64,000 nt of DNA from the NCBI GenBank assembly GCA_965198065.1, contig CBDAON010000004.1, positions 2,560,001 to 2,624,000 of the forward strand, read 5' to 3'. Positions 17,495-26,876 of this stretch are shown piece after piece (position 1 is the first letter of the stretch; the number at the start of each line of letters is the position of its first letter). Under the pieces are notes generated by a model. The model made no database searches. It saw nothing but the letters and a program-made list of their open reading frames with translations, and was not told where the DNA came from. The DNA comes from Longimicrobiales bacterium. Its GTDB lineage: Bacteria > Gemmatimonadota > Gemmatimonadetes > Longimicrobiales > Gaopeijiaceae. Both the position numbers and the translations under genes were made by a program.

Positions 17495-17571
17495 TTGACC
17501 GGGTTTGCCCCTGCCTCCTAAGTTGTCTCCCGTATTGCCACTATGTCCCACTTTCTACCACGGCATACCAC
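17495..17571 (+). promoter_or_regulatory. dcw promoter with four MraZ-type repeats
   Basis: TTGACC (17495-17500)-N18-TAAGTT (17519-17524). CCAC at 17538, 17548, 17558 and 17568 (10-bp period; GTGG-N6 on the minus strand). Confidence 0.8.
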
Positions 17572-17585
17572 CGTGCGGGGGGCGG

Positions 17586-18026
17586 GTGACGGGGTTTCTC
17601 GGGCGTTACGAGCATCAACTCGACTCGAAAGGTCGTGTGAGCCTCCCTTCGGAATACCGAAGGAAGGCCGACGTAGCGCGTTTCGTCCTCATCCAGTGGG
17701 AGCCCACGAACCTAACTCTCTTTCCGGATGACGTATGGGCTGACGTGAAGAGCCGGCTGCTCGGGTTGCGGCGTGAGCGCCCGGACATGGCGCGCCTGCT
17801 AAGGGAGGTCACCTCCCGCGCCACGCAAGTCGAGCCGGACAAGCAGGGGAGGATCCTGATCCCTGCATGGTTCAAGGAGCGAGTCCAGCTGGACGGGGCC
17901 GTGCTCCTCGTCGGGGCGATGGACCGGATCGAGATCTGGGACCCGGATACGTTCCGAAGACACCATCCGGACGACCTCGAGACCGACCCGGGGCGGGCGG
18001 CGGAGTTGCACCGGATCTTCGGGTAA
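17586..18026 (+). CDS. mraZ: division/cell wall cluster transcriptional repressor MraZ
   Basis: Two DxxGRxxxP motifs (DSKGRVSLP, DKQGRILIP), DRIEIWD; first gene of the dcw cluster. Confidence 0.95.
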   Translation: MTGFLGRYEHQLDSKGRVSLPSEYRRKADVARFVLIQWEPTNLTLFPDDVWADVKSRLLGLRRERPDMARLLREVTSRATQVEPDKQGRILIPAWFKERVQLDGAVLLVGAMDRIEIWDPDTFRRHHPDDLETDPGRAAELHRIFG

Positions 18027-18035
18027 ACGGCGACC

Positions 18036-18962
18036 GTGCGGTACCACGAACCCGTACTGGTCCAGGAGGTCCTAGACCTCCTGGAGCCGGCGGAAAGGGG
18101 CGAGATCATGGATGGCACGGTGGGTGGAGGAGGACATGCACGTGCCCTCCTCGAGCGCTTTCCGGCCTGCCGGCTCCTGGCCGTGGATCGCGATCCCGAG
18201 GCGCTAAACGAGACGCGAACCGTGCTCGCACCCTACGTCGATCGCATGCGCTTCGTGGAGGCGCGCTTCGACGCGGTGGCTCGGGAGGCCGCCGCGGACG
18301 GGCCCTCGCTTTCGGGGGCGCTCCTCGATCTCGGCGTGAGCGCCCGCCACCTGGACGACAAGGCCCGGGGGTTCAGCTTTCGCCCCGACGCTCCCCTCGA
18401 CATGCGGATGTCCGGCCCCGGCGGGGAAGAGGAGACGGCCGCGGAGATCCTGAACCGGGCGAGCGAGGACGAGTTGCGCCGCGTTTTCCGGGAGCAGGGA
18501 GAGGTTCCCCGCGCGGGTCGGCTCGCCAAGGCCGTCACGCTCCTCCGGCGGGACCGGCCCTTCCGGATGGCCGCGGATCTCGTCCAAGCGATCCAGAAGG
18601 CCCTGGGTCGGCCGCCCCGGCCGAGGGAGAGCGCGCGGGTCTTCCAGGCTCTCCGGATCGAGGTGAACCGGGAGCTCGAGTCGCTCGAGGCCGCGCTCCC
18701 ATATATGAAGGACGCGCTCCTCCCCGGCGGGGTCCTCGCCGTGATCTCGTACCACTCGCTTGAGGACCGTCGGGTCAAGGAGAAGCTCGCGGCATGGAGC
18801 CGGGGCTGCGTGTGCCCTCCAGATCTCCCCGTGTGTGCCTGTGGCCGAGAGCCGGGAGGCACGATCCTGAACCGGCGGGTCATCCGCCCCACGCAGGCCG
18901 AAGTGGAGCGGAACCCTCGAGCGAGGAGCGCGCGCCTCCGCGGATGGAGGAAGGCGGCGTGA
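18036..18962 (+). CDS. rsmH: 16S rRNA m4C1402 methyltransferase
   Basis: HEPVL, DGTVGGGGH, DLGVS, PLDMRM, FQALRIEVN.EL, ISYHSLEDR, NPRARSARLR. Confidence 0.97.
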   Translation: MRYHEPVLVQEVLDLLEPAERGEIMDGTVGGGGHARALLERFPACRLLAVDRDPEALNETRTVLAPYVDRMRFVEARFDAVAREAAADGPSLSGALLDLGVSARHLDDKARGFSFRPDAPLDMRMSGPGGEEETAAEILNRASEDELRRVFREQGEVPRAGRLAKAVTLLRRDRPFRMAADLVQAIQKALGRPPRPRESARVFQALRIEVNRELESLEAALPYMKDALLPGGVLAVISYHSLEDRRVKEKLAAWSRGCVCPPDLPVCACGREPGGTILNRRVIRPTQAEVERNPRARSARLRGWRKAA

Positions 18963-19246
18963 GGCTGCGGCGCCTGGCCCTCGCGACCCTGGCGGCCGTT
19001 CTCCTCCTCTCGGCCCTGGGTCTCGTGGCGTGGAGGCAGGCCCGGGCACTTGAGCGCCTGGAGGAGTTGGACGGGCTTGAGCGAGGGATCTCGCTCCTTC
19101 TCGCCGAGCGCGACGAGCTCCAGAGCCGGGTCCGGGCACTTGAGAGCCGGGGGCACGTCGGGCCCGTCGCGCGAGATCGACTCGGCATGCGGACCCCGAG
19201 CGACGAGGCGGGCGAGATCGTGCTCCTCCCCGGGGTGACGCCGTGA
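18959..19246 (+). CDS. ftsL: cell division protein FtsL
   Basis: Short TM plus coiled coil, ARDRLGM; lies between rsmH and ftsI with GTGA overlaps. Confidence 0.85.
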   Translation: MRLRRLALATLAAVLLLSALGLVAWRQARALERLEELDGLERGISLLLAERDELQSRVRALESRGHVGPVARDRLGMRTPSDEAGEIVLLPGVTP

Positions 19247-21378
19247 CGCGCCGGCGTGGCGGCTCCCCGAGGGAGAAGCTCCCATACGCGGCTCCGCCCT
19301 GGAGGCGGCGACTCCTCCTCGGGGTCTGGCTCGCCAGCGGCATGGCGCTCCTCGCACGTTCCGTCCAGGTCCAGGTCGTTGAGGGCGCCCACTGGAACGC
19401 CCAGGCCGAGGGCCAGCAACGCATGAACGCCGAGGTGGCCGCGGGGCGGGGGGCGATCCTCGACCGCTCGGGGGTGGCGCTGGTCGTCTCGCACGAGACC
19501 TTCCGGGTGGCCGTCGCGCCCCAGGAGCTCGAGAACCGGGCCGAGGCCGCGAGCCTTCTCGCTCCCGCCCTAGGGATTCCCCTTGGCGATGCTCGCCGGA
19601 TCACGTCCTACGCCCGCCCCTGGGTCCAGCTTCCGGGCCGCTACTCGCCCGCCGTTCGAGAAGCGCTCACGCGTCTTCGCGGCGTCTACGTCGAGCGGGA
19701 CATCCAGAGGTTCAATCCGCACGGATCGCTGGCCCGCGGGCTTCTCGGCACGGTGGTGGATCACGCGGGTCTGGGGGGAGTGGAGGAGGAGTTCGAGGAG
19801 CTTCTGAGAGGCACGCCCGGAGCCGAAGTGGTGGCCCGGGATTCCGAGGGTCGGCCGGTTCCCGGAGAGACGTCGGTGATCCGGCCGCCGCGCGCGGGGG
19901 GGTCCGTGGTGCTCACCCTCGACGTGGGCCTGCAGGAGATCGCGCGCGAGGCGCTCGATCGGGCCCTGAGGGAGAACGCGGCCACTGGGGGCGACCTGCT
20001 CATAACGGACCCCCGTACGGGCGAGATCCTCGCGATGGTCTCCCTCCGGGACGGGAGCCCCGATTACCTGGGGGCTATCAGCACGCCGTACGAGCCGGGA
20101 TCGACCCTGAAGCCGTTCACGGTCGCCGCCCTCCTCCGGGAAGGTCGGGCGACCCTGGGAGACTCGGTGCGCACGGAAGACGGGTCCTGGCTCGTTCACG
20201 GCCGGCAGATCACCGATGTCTCCCTCGTGGGCACCGTGACCCTGGCCCGTGCTCTCCAGCTGTCTTCGAACGTGGGGATCGCGAAGGCCGCGAGCGCTCT
20301 CACGCCCGACGAGCAGTTCGAGGGCCTTCGCGACTTCGGGTTCGGTGTCGAGACCGGCGTCCCGCTGTCCGGGGAGGCGGAGGGTACCCTGAGGCGGCCT
20401 TCGGAGTGGTCGCTCCAGTCCCCGGCGTCGCTCGCAATCGGTTACGAGATCGCGGTGACGCCGATCCAGCTCGTCATGGCGTACGGCGCGCTCGCGAACG
20501 GGGGCGTGCTCATGGAGCCGCGCCTCGTGAAGGAGATCCGGGACGAAGAGGGGAGAGTCCTGGAGCAGATCGAGCCCCGAGCCGTCCGGAGAGTCGTATC
20601 GGAGGACGTAGCCGACGACATCAAACGCACGCTCGTCGGGGCCGTCGAGCTCGGGACCGGGACCCGCGCGCGACTCTCCTCGTTCACCGTGGCCGGTAAG
20701 AGCGGCACGAGCCGCGCATACGGAGAGGACGGGTACGACACGGGTGAGTACTTCGCGTCGTTCGTCGGATTCTTTCCGGCCGAGGATCCCCAGCTCGTCA
20801 TTTACGTGAAGTTGGAGAGGCCGAGCGCGGACGCCTACTACGGCGGCCAGACGGCCGCGCCCGTGACCCGGGCCACGCTCGAGGCGATTCTGGCGGCCCG
20901 TAACCCGCCCCTCGACCGAGGGGCTCTGGCCGTCGTCGCCAGGGAACAGCGATCGGCTTCGCCGGCCACAGACTGCTGCCGGCCGGGGATGTCCCCTCGG
21001 CCCGCGTTCGCGTCCACCCTCTCCGCGCACGAGCCGGACGGGGCAACGAGCTCGCCCGTCGGCGAGGGGGCGCTCACGGAGTCGGCGGGGATTGACTCCA
21101 CCAGGGAGTCGTCGAGCGCTCCGGCGGGCTCCGACTCGCAAATCGCGGTGCCCGACGTTCGCGGCCTCTCTCCCCGCGCGGCGGCTCGGCGTCTGCACTT
21201 CATGGGGCTCGGCGTGGAGTGGGACGGGAGCGCCCCTCTCACCGGGACGGCGCCCGAGGCCGGGGCGTTCGTTTCCCCGGGAGCAACGGTCCGGCTCCTG
21301 CCGACGACCCGTCTCACGCGACCGCCGCTCCCTCGGTCGGTCCAGGGGGAGGAGCTCCGGGGGGATCGCGATGGATGA
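19243..21378 (+). CDS. ftsI: class B penicillin-binding protein (FtsI/PBP3) with C-terminal PASTA domain
   Basis: RGAILDR, EPGSTLK (SxxK), SSN, KSGT; C-terminal VPDVRGLSPRAAARRL PASTA-like region. Confidence 0.93.
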   Translation: MTRRRGGSPREKLPYAAPPWRRRLLLGVWLASGMALLARSVQVQVVEGAHWNAQAEGQQRMNAEVAAGRGAILDRSGVALVVSHETFRVAVAPQELENRAEAASLLAPALGIPLGDARRITSYARPWVQLPGRYSPAVREALTRLRGVYVERDIQRFNPHGSLARGLLGTVVDHAGLGGVEEEFEELLRGTPGAEVVARDSEGRPVPGETSVIRPPRAGGSVVLTLDVGLQEIAREALDRALRENAATGGDLLITDPRTGEILAMVSLRDGSPDYLGAISTPYEPGSTLKPFTVAALLREGRATLGDSVRTEDGSWLVHGRQITDVSLVGTVTLARALQLSSNVGIAKAASALTPDEQFEGLRDFGFGVETGVPLSGEAEGTLRRPSEWSLQSPASLAIGYEIAVTPIQLVMAYGALANGGVLMEPRLVKEIRDEEGRVLEQIEPRAVRRVVSEDVADDIKRTLVGAVELGTGTRARLSSFTVAGKSGTSRAYGEDGYDTGEYFASFVGFFPAEDPQLVIYVKLERPSADAYYGGQTAAPVTRATLEAILAARNPPLDRGALAVVAREQRSASPATDCCRPGMSPRPAFASTLSAHEPDGATSSPVGEGALTESAGIDSTRESSSAPAGSDSQIAVPDVRGLSPRAAARRLHFMGLGVEWDGSAPLTGTAPEAGAFVSPGATVRLLPTTRLTRPPLPRSVQGEELRGDRDG

Positions 21379-22888
21379 GGCGTCCATGACGCTCGCCGAG
21401 CTGGCCGAGTCCCTTCGGGAGGAGGCGATCGCTGTCGAGCTGAGGGGCGACGGGGACGTGCCCGTCTCGTCGGCTGACCAGGACTCCCGGTCCATTTCCA
21501 GCGGGCAGCTCTTCCTGGCATGGCGAGGCACGACGAGGGACGCGCACGACTTCGTACACGACGCGGCAGGGCGTGGCGCGGCCGCGGCGATCGTGGAGCG
21601 GTTTGTGGATGTCGTCCTGCCCCAGCTCCGGGTGGACGACGGACGGCGCGCCGCGGCCATCGCGGCCCAGCTCCTCTCCGGGGATCCAACCCGTCACTTG
21701 CGCGTCGCGGCCGTCACCGGGACCAACGGGAAGACGACCACCGTGCTCCTCTCCCGGCACCTCCTGTCCCGGCTCGGGCCCGCGGCCGCCATAGGGACGC
21801 TGGGGGTCACGGGGCCGGACGGCGCCACCCGTCCCGGCACGGAAGGGCTCACGACGCCCGGGCCGGTCCAGATCGCGAGAGTGCTCGATGGGCTACGGGA
21901 CGAGGGCGTCGTGGCGGTCTGCCTCGAGGCCTCGTCCCACGCGCTAGATCAGCGCCGCCTGGACGGGATCCGCGTGGACGTGGCCGTGTTCACGAATCTG
22001 ACGAGCGACCACCTGGACTACCATCTCAACCGTCAGGCTTACCTGGACGCCAAGGCCCGCCTCCTGCTCCTCGTTCGCGAGGGTGGGGCCGTCATGGTCA
22101 ACGGGGACGATCCGGCCTGGGCGGAGCTGCCGACCGTGCGAGTCCGCCTCCTCGTCGGCCGCCTGGAGACGGAGGAGCCGAAGGGAATCCCGCGCGCCGG
22201 GGGCGAGCGCCTTCCGGATCTCGTCGCCGACGACGTGGAGCTCACGGGGGAAGGGAGCCGCTTCCGGGTCCGGTGCGGTGGTGACGATGTAGTGGTCTCC
22301 CTTCCCCTCCTCGGGCGCTTCAACGTCGAGAACGCGCTCGCGGCGGTGGGCACCGCCCTCCTCATGGGGATGAGCCTGGAGGACGCCGCCCTCGCGCTCA
22401 CGGACGCTCCGCAGCCGCGGGGACGTCTCGAGGTGACGGTCCGCGAGCCCGTCCCCGTGATCCTCGACTACGCCCACACGCCCCACGCGCTCGAGCGCGC
22501 CCTCGAGACTGTCCGTCCACTCTATCCCGGCCGGCTCGTGCTCGTCTTCGGGGCGGGAGGGGACCGGGATCGCGGGAAGCGTCCGGAGATGGGAGGCGCG
22601 GCAGTGAGGGGAGCGGACCTCATTATCGTGACGTCGGACAACCCCCGGACCGAGGATCCCGAAACAATCATCGACGAGATCGAGTCGGGAATGGGGGGGG
22701 CGTCGTTCGAGCGGATCGCGGACCGTCGGGAGGCGATCGCTCGAGCACTCGAGGTGGCGCGCCCGGGGGACGCGGTCCTTCTGGCGGGGAAGGGGCACGA
22801 GACCTACCAGATCATAGGCACCGACCGGCGGCCCTTCGACGAGCGCGAAGTGGTGCGCAACATCCTGAGCTCGGGGAGGGCCGCGTGA
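21371..22888 (+). CDS. murE: UDP-MurNAc-Ala-Glu--meso-DAP ligase
   Basis: GTNGKTT, EASSHAL, DHLDYH, DYAHTP, GDRDRGKR, DNPR (meso-DAP specificity motif), GKGHE. Confidence 0.96.
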   Translation: MDEASMTLAELAESLREEAIAVELRGDGDVPVSSADQDSRSISSGQLFLAWRGTTRDAHDFVHDAAGRGAAAAIVERFVDVVLPQLRVDDGRRAAAIAAQLLSGDPTRHLRVAAVTGTNGKTTTVLLSRHLLSRLGPAAAIGTLGVTGPDGATRPGTEGLTTPGPVQIARVLDGLRDEGVVAVCLEASSHALDQRRLDGIRVDVAVFTNLTSDHLDYHLNRQAYLDAKARLLLLVREGGAVMVNGDDPAWAELPTVRVRLLVGRLETEEPKGIPRAGGERLPDLVADDVELTGEGSRFRVRCGGDDVVVSLPLLGRFNVENALAAVGTALLMGMSLEDAALALTDAPQPRGRLEVTVREPVPVILDYAHTPHALERALETVRPLYPGRLVLVFGAGGDRDRGKRPEMGGAAVRGADLIIVTSDNPRTEDPETIIDEIESGMGGASFERIADRREAIARALEVARPGDAVLLAGKGHETYQIIGTDRRPFDEREVVRNILSSGRAA

Positions 22889-24309
22889 GCCCGGCGTTCC
22901 CCTGGACCGACTCGACCGTGCGGGACGCGCTGGGCCTGCCCCCTCCGCTTGTTGGCGGGAGCCCGGCCAGCGCGGGCGAGGCCACGTTCTCGGGGATTTC
23001 GACCGACACACGAACGTCCGGTCGGGGCGCTCTGTTCGTGGCGCTCGTTGGGGAGCGCTTCGACGGGCACGACTTCCTGCGGCAGGCCGAAGCCCGGGAG
23101 ATGGGCGCGGCCGTGGTCTCTCGCGAGCCCCAGGGCGCGACCTCCCTCCCGCTCTACCACGTGGAGGACACCCTGGTCGCGCTCGGTGCGCTCGCGCGCT
23201 ACCGCCGGCGGGCGCTTCCCGCGCGGGTCGCGGCCGTGACCGGATCGTCCGGAAAGACGGCCGTGAAGGACCTCGTCACGGCCTCCCTCTCGGGCACGTT
23301 CCGGGTGCACGCCACCCAGGGGAACCTGAATAACCGGGTGGGCCTGCCCCTCACGCTGCTCTCGGCGCCCGAGGACGCCGAGGTCGTCGTCCTTGAGATG
23401 GGGACCAGCGTACCCGGCGAGATCGCAGTCCTCACCGAGATCGCGGACCCGGACGCGGGGCTCGTCACCACGGTGTCCGAAGCGCACCTCGAGGGGCTGG
23501 GGTCGCTCGAGCGGGTGCTGGAGGAGAAGCTGGCGCTCCTCAGGGGCGCGAAGGACGATGCCGTGCTCGTAGTGGGAGACGAGCCCCCGGCCCTCCCCCG
23601 GCGCGCTCGGGAGCTCCGTCCGGACGTGCACGTCGCGGGCGTGTCCGAACGGGCGGACGCCGATCTCAGAGGGGAGCTCGGAGACCCCGGGCCGGAGGGT
23701 CGCCGGCGCGTCCGCTTCTGGGACCGGGATATCGAGGGCGGGCTTCCCGGAAAGCACGGGGCGAAGAACCTGGTCCTGGCTCTGGCCCTGGCGAAGCTGA
23801 TGGGCGCTCCGGCCGACACGGCGGTCCGGGGGGCGTCCGGCGTGAGGGCCGGAAAGCTTCGGGGTGAGATTCGCGCCGTCGGAGGGCTCACTCTCCTTCT
23901 CGACTGTTACAACGCGAACCCGCAGTCCGTCGTGGCCGCCCTGGACCTGCTGGGGGATCTTCCCGCGCCGCAGGGGCGCGTGGCCTTCCTCGCGAGCATG
24001 CTCGAGCTGGGCGAGCGATCGGCAGTCCTCCACCGGCAGGTGCTGGAGCGGGCCATGAGTCTCCCGCTTGAGATCATCGTGGCGGCGGGAGCGTTCGCGA
24101 GCGCCGCATCCGAGCTGGGCGAGGGAGCTGGTCCTCGTCTCGTCCCGGCCTCGACGCCCGACGAAGGATACAACGCGCTTCGGCAGTACCTGAGAGGCTC
24201 CGAGACCGTGCTCCTCAAGGGCTCCCGGGGCATGCAGCTCGAGCGGCTCGTCCCGCGTTTCGAAGATGACTTCGGAGCGCGTCCCGGCGGCGAGCGGAAG
24301 GGGGCGTAG
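22885..24309 (+). CDS. murF: UDP-MurNAc-tripeptide--D-Ala-D-Ala ligase
   Basis: GERFDGHDF, GSSGKT, NLNNRVGLP, DCYNANP, KGSRG. Confidence 0.95.
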   Translation: MSPAFPWTDSTVRDALGLPPPLVGGSPASAGEATFSGISTDTRTSGRGALFVALVGERFDGHDFLRQAEAREMGAAVVSREPQGATSLPLYHVEDTLVALGALARYRRRALPARVAAVTGSSGKTAVKDLVTASLSGTFRVHATQGNLNNRVGLPLTLLSAPEDAEVVVLEMGTSVPGEIAVLTEIADPDAGLVTTVSEAHLEGLGSLERVLEEKLALLRGAKDDAVLVVGDEPPALPRRARELRPDVHVAGVSERADADLRGELGDPGPEGRRRVRFWDRDIEGGLPGKHGAKNLVLALALAKLMGAPADTAVRGASGVRAGKLRGEIRAVGGLTLLLDCYNANPQSVVAALDLLGDLPAPQGRVAFLASMLELGERSAVLHRQVLERAMSLPLEIIVAAGAFASAASELGEGAGPRLVPASTPDEGYNALRQYLRGSETVLLKGSRGMQLERLVPRFEDDFGARPGGERKGA

Positions 24310-25416
24310 ATGCTCTACCACTTCCTTCCTCGATTCACGGACGTCCACATCATCTTCAACCTCTTCAACTACCTCACCTTTCGCTCGGCCGGGGCGGTGG
24401 TGACGTCGCTCGTGGTCGCGTTCTTCCTCGGACCGTCCACCATCCGCTGGCTGCGCGCGCTCCGGGTCGGCGAGGTCGTGAGGAGCGAGGGTCCCGACAC
24501 GCACCTGAAGAAGGCGGGCACGCCCACGATGGGGGGAACCCTCATCGTGGTCTCCGCTTCGATCTCGACGCTTCTCTGGGCCGAGCTCACGAACTGGTAC
24601 GTCGTTCTCTCGCTCCTGTCCTTCCTTTGGATGGGGGCCATTGGGTTCATGGACGACTACCTGAAGGTCGTGCGCCATCGCGCCAAGGGGCTCGTGGCCC
24701 GTTACAAGATGATCGGGCAGCTCTCGTTCGGGCTGGTGCTCGGCGCGTTCCTGGTCTGGCAGCCAATCTCGCCCGTGCCGTCCACTTGGACGATGGTGCC
24801 GTTCTTTGACTCGTGGGTGGCCGCCTTCTGGCCTCCCGCGTACGTAGTGTTTGTCGCGCTCGTGGTGTCGGGCACCTCGAACGCGGTCAACCTGAGCGAC
24901 GGCCTGGACGGCCTGGCCGCCGGGCTCGGCGCGATCGCGCTCGTCACGTTCGGCGTCTTCGCGTATCTCATCGGGCGCGTGGACACCTCCGCGTACCTGG
25001 GGCTCTTCTACCTCCCGGGGTCGGGCGAGCTCGCCGTCTTCGCATCCGCCCTCGCCGGAGGCGCGGTGGGCTTCCTCTGGTACAATGCGCACCCGGCCGA
25101 GGTCTTCATGGGCGACACGGGCTCGCTCGCGATCGGGGGCGCGCTCGGGGTCCTCGCAATCCTCCTCAAGGCTGAGTTCCTGCTCCTCATCGTGGGCGGT
25201 GTGTTCGTCGCCGAGGCCGTCTCGGTGATGCTCCAGGTGGGCTGGTTTAAGCTCACGCGCGCGCGCACTGGCGAGGGGCGCCGTGTCCTCCTCATGGCTC
25301 CCGTCCACCACCACTTCGAGCGAGCCGGGTGGGCGGAGACGAAGGTCGTGGTCCGGTTCTGGATCCTCGGGATCCTCTGTGCTCTCGTCGCGTTCAGCAC
25401 GCTCAAGATCCGATGA
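24310..25416 (+). CDS. mraY: phospho-N-acetylmuramoyl-pentapeptide transferase
   Basis: KAGTPTMGG, DDYLK, NAVNLSDGLDGLA, VFMGDTGS, APVHHHFE. Confidence 0.98.
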   Translation: MLYHFLPRFTDVHIIFNLFNYLTFRSAGAVVTSLVVAFFLGPSTIRWLRALRVGEVVRSEGPDTHLKKAGTPTMGGTLIVVSASISTLLWAELTNWYVVLSLLSFLWMGAIGFMDDYLKVVRHRAKGLVARYKMIGQLSFGLVLGAFLVWQPISPVPSTWTMVPFFDSWVAAFWPPAYVVFVALVVSGTSNAVNLSDGLDGLAAGLGAIALVTFGVFAYLIGRVDTSAYLGLFYLPGSGELAVFASALAGGAVGFLWYNAHPAEVFMGDTGSLAIGGALGVLAILLKAEFLLLIVGGVFVAEAVSVMLQVGWFKLTRARTGEGRRVLLMAPVHHHFERAGWAETKVVVRFWILGILCALVAFSTLKIR

Positions 25417-26876
25417 GCCGCGACGAAGTCTCGATCATCGGCCTGGGGGCTAGCGGCGACGCCGCGGCCCGCCTGGCCCTCGCGAAAGGAGAGATGGTCT
25501 ATGTCTCCGACATCTCGACCCAGGCTCAGCCTTCAGTCGCTCGACGGGCTGGGGAGCTGGAGTCCCTGGGAGCCCGAGTGGAACTGGGATTCCACGATCT
25601 CACCCGGATCCAGGCCTCGCGGGTGGTGGTGGTATCTCCCGGAATCGCCTCCGACGCTTCGGTGCTCCACGAGCTCCGTGCGCGAGGCGTGCGATGGATT
25701 TCCGAGCCCGAGTTTGCCGTACGGTTCTACGCTGGTTCACTGATCGCGGTGACCGGAACAAACGGGAAGACCACGACGTCTGCCCTGACGGCCCACCTCT
25801 TGGAGGCGTCCGGGATTCCGGTGGCGCTCGGGGGGAACATCGGTGGAGGGATCGCGCCGCCGGCCTCGGAGCTCGCGCTTCGGGAGCCTCCGCCGGAGTG
25901 GTACGTGCTCGAGGTCAGCTCCTTCCAGCTTGCGGACACGGAGACGTTCGCGCCCGACATCGGCGTGCTCACGAACCTGGCCCCCGACCACCTGGATCGG
26001 TACCCGGACGCGGCGAGCTACTACGCCGACAAGAAGCGGCTGTACCGGAACGCGAAAGCCGCGGACCGCTGGGTCTTGAACGGGGATGACCCGGAGGCGC
26101 TCGCGCTTCCGGGAGACGCGCCCGGCGAGCGGTACCTCTTCTCGGCCGAGCCTCCCGGCGGTCGGGATCAGGACGCTGCCGCGGGATTCGCGGCAGCGTA
26201 TCTACGAGACGGAGCGTTGACGCTCCGCTTCCCATCGGAGACAGAAGTCTCGCTCACTTCCCGTGAAGAGCTTCCGCTCCTCGGGGCCCACAACGTCATG
26301 AACGCGCTCGCAGCTTCCCTCGCGGCGCGGCTCGCGGGCGCGGGCGTGGAGGGTGTCCGACGCGGGTTACGGAGCTTTCGGCTCCTCCCGCATCGCCTAG
26401 AGAAGTTGGGTGAGGTGGGGGGTGTCCTCTGGGTGAACGACTCGAAGGCGACGAACGTCGCAGCTGCCGCGCAGGCGGTCGAGAGCCTGGGGCGACCCGT
26501 CGTGGTGCTCCTGGGAGGGAAGGACAAGGGCGAGGACTTCCGACCCCTCGCGGAAGCGCTCTGGGGGCGCGCGCGCGCCGCGATTCTCTATGGCGCCGCC
26601 CGCGAACGGCTGCACGACGAGCTGTCACGTGCCCTCTTGGCGCCGCGGGGCGACAGCCGGGGCCGCATGTCCGCGGACGACGACGGGGGAACCCCACCCC
26701 TCCTCGTTCGAGTGGACGAGGGGTTTGCCCAGGCCGTGGCCGCGGCCGGGTCACTCGCCCGTCCGGGCGACGCGGTCCTCCTCTCTCCCGCGTGCTCCTC
26801 CTACGACCTGTTCGAGAGCTACGAGGAGCGCGGCCGGGCGTTTACCGAACTTGTCCGAGCCCGGGGGGCCGCGTGA
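25413..26876 (+). CDS. murD: UDP-MurNAc-L-Ala--D-Glu ligase
   Basis: GLGASG, GTNGKTTT, EVSSFQL, DHLDRY, NDSKATN, LSPACSSYD. Confidence 0.96.
   Translation: MSRDEVSIIGLGASGDAAARLALAKGEMVYVSDISTQAQPSVARRAGELESLGARVELGFHDLTRIQASRVVVVSPGIASDASVLHELRARGVRWISEPEFAVRFYAGSLIAVTGTNGKTTTSALTAHLLEASGIPVALGGNIGGGIAPPASELALREPPPEWYVLEVSSFQLADTETFAPDIGVLTNLAPDHLDRYPDAASYYADKKRLYRNAKAADRWVLNGDDPEALALPGDAPGERYLFSAEPPGGRDQDAAAGFAAAYLRDGALTLRFPSETEVSLTSREELPLLGAHNVMNALAASLAARLAGAGVEGVRRGLRSFRLLPHRLEKLGEVGGVLWVNDSKATNVAAAAQAVESLGRPVVVLLGGKDKGEDFRPLAEALWGRARAAILYGAARERLHDELSRALLAPRGDSRGRMSADDDGGTPPLLVRVDEGFAQAVAAAGSLARPGDAVLLSPACSSYDLFESYEERGRAFTELVRARGAA

Noticed and set aside
19570..25314. Very long antisense and alternative-frame ORFs (e.g. 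19570-21660, 22804-25314, 38161-40461)
   Set aside because: These are shadow ORFs from high GC3 codon bias opposite well-conserved genes and carry no family motifs.
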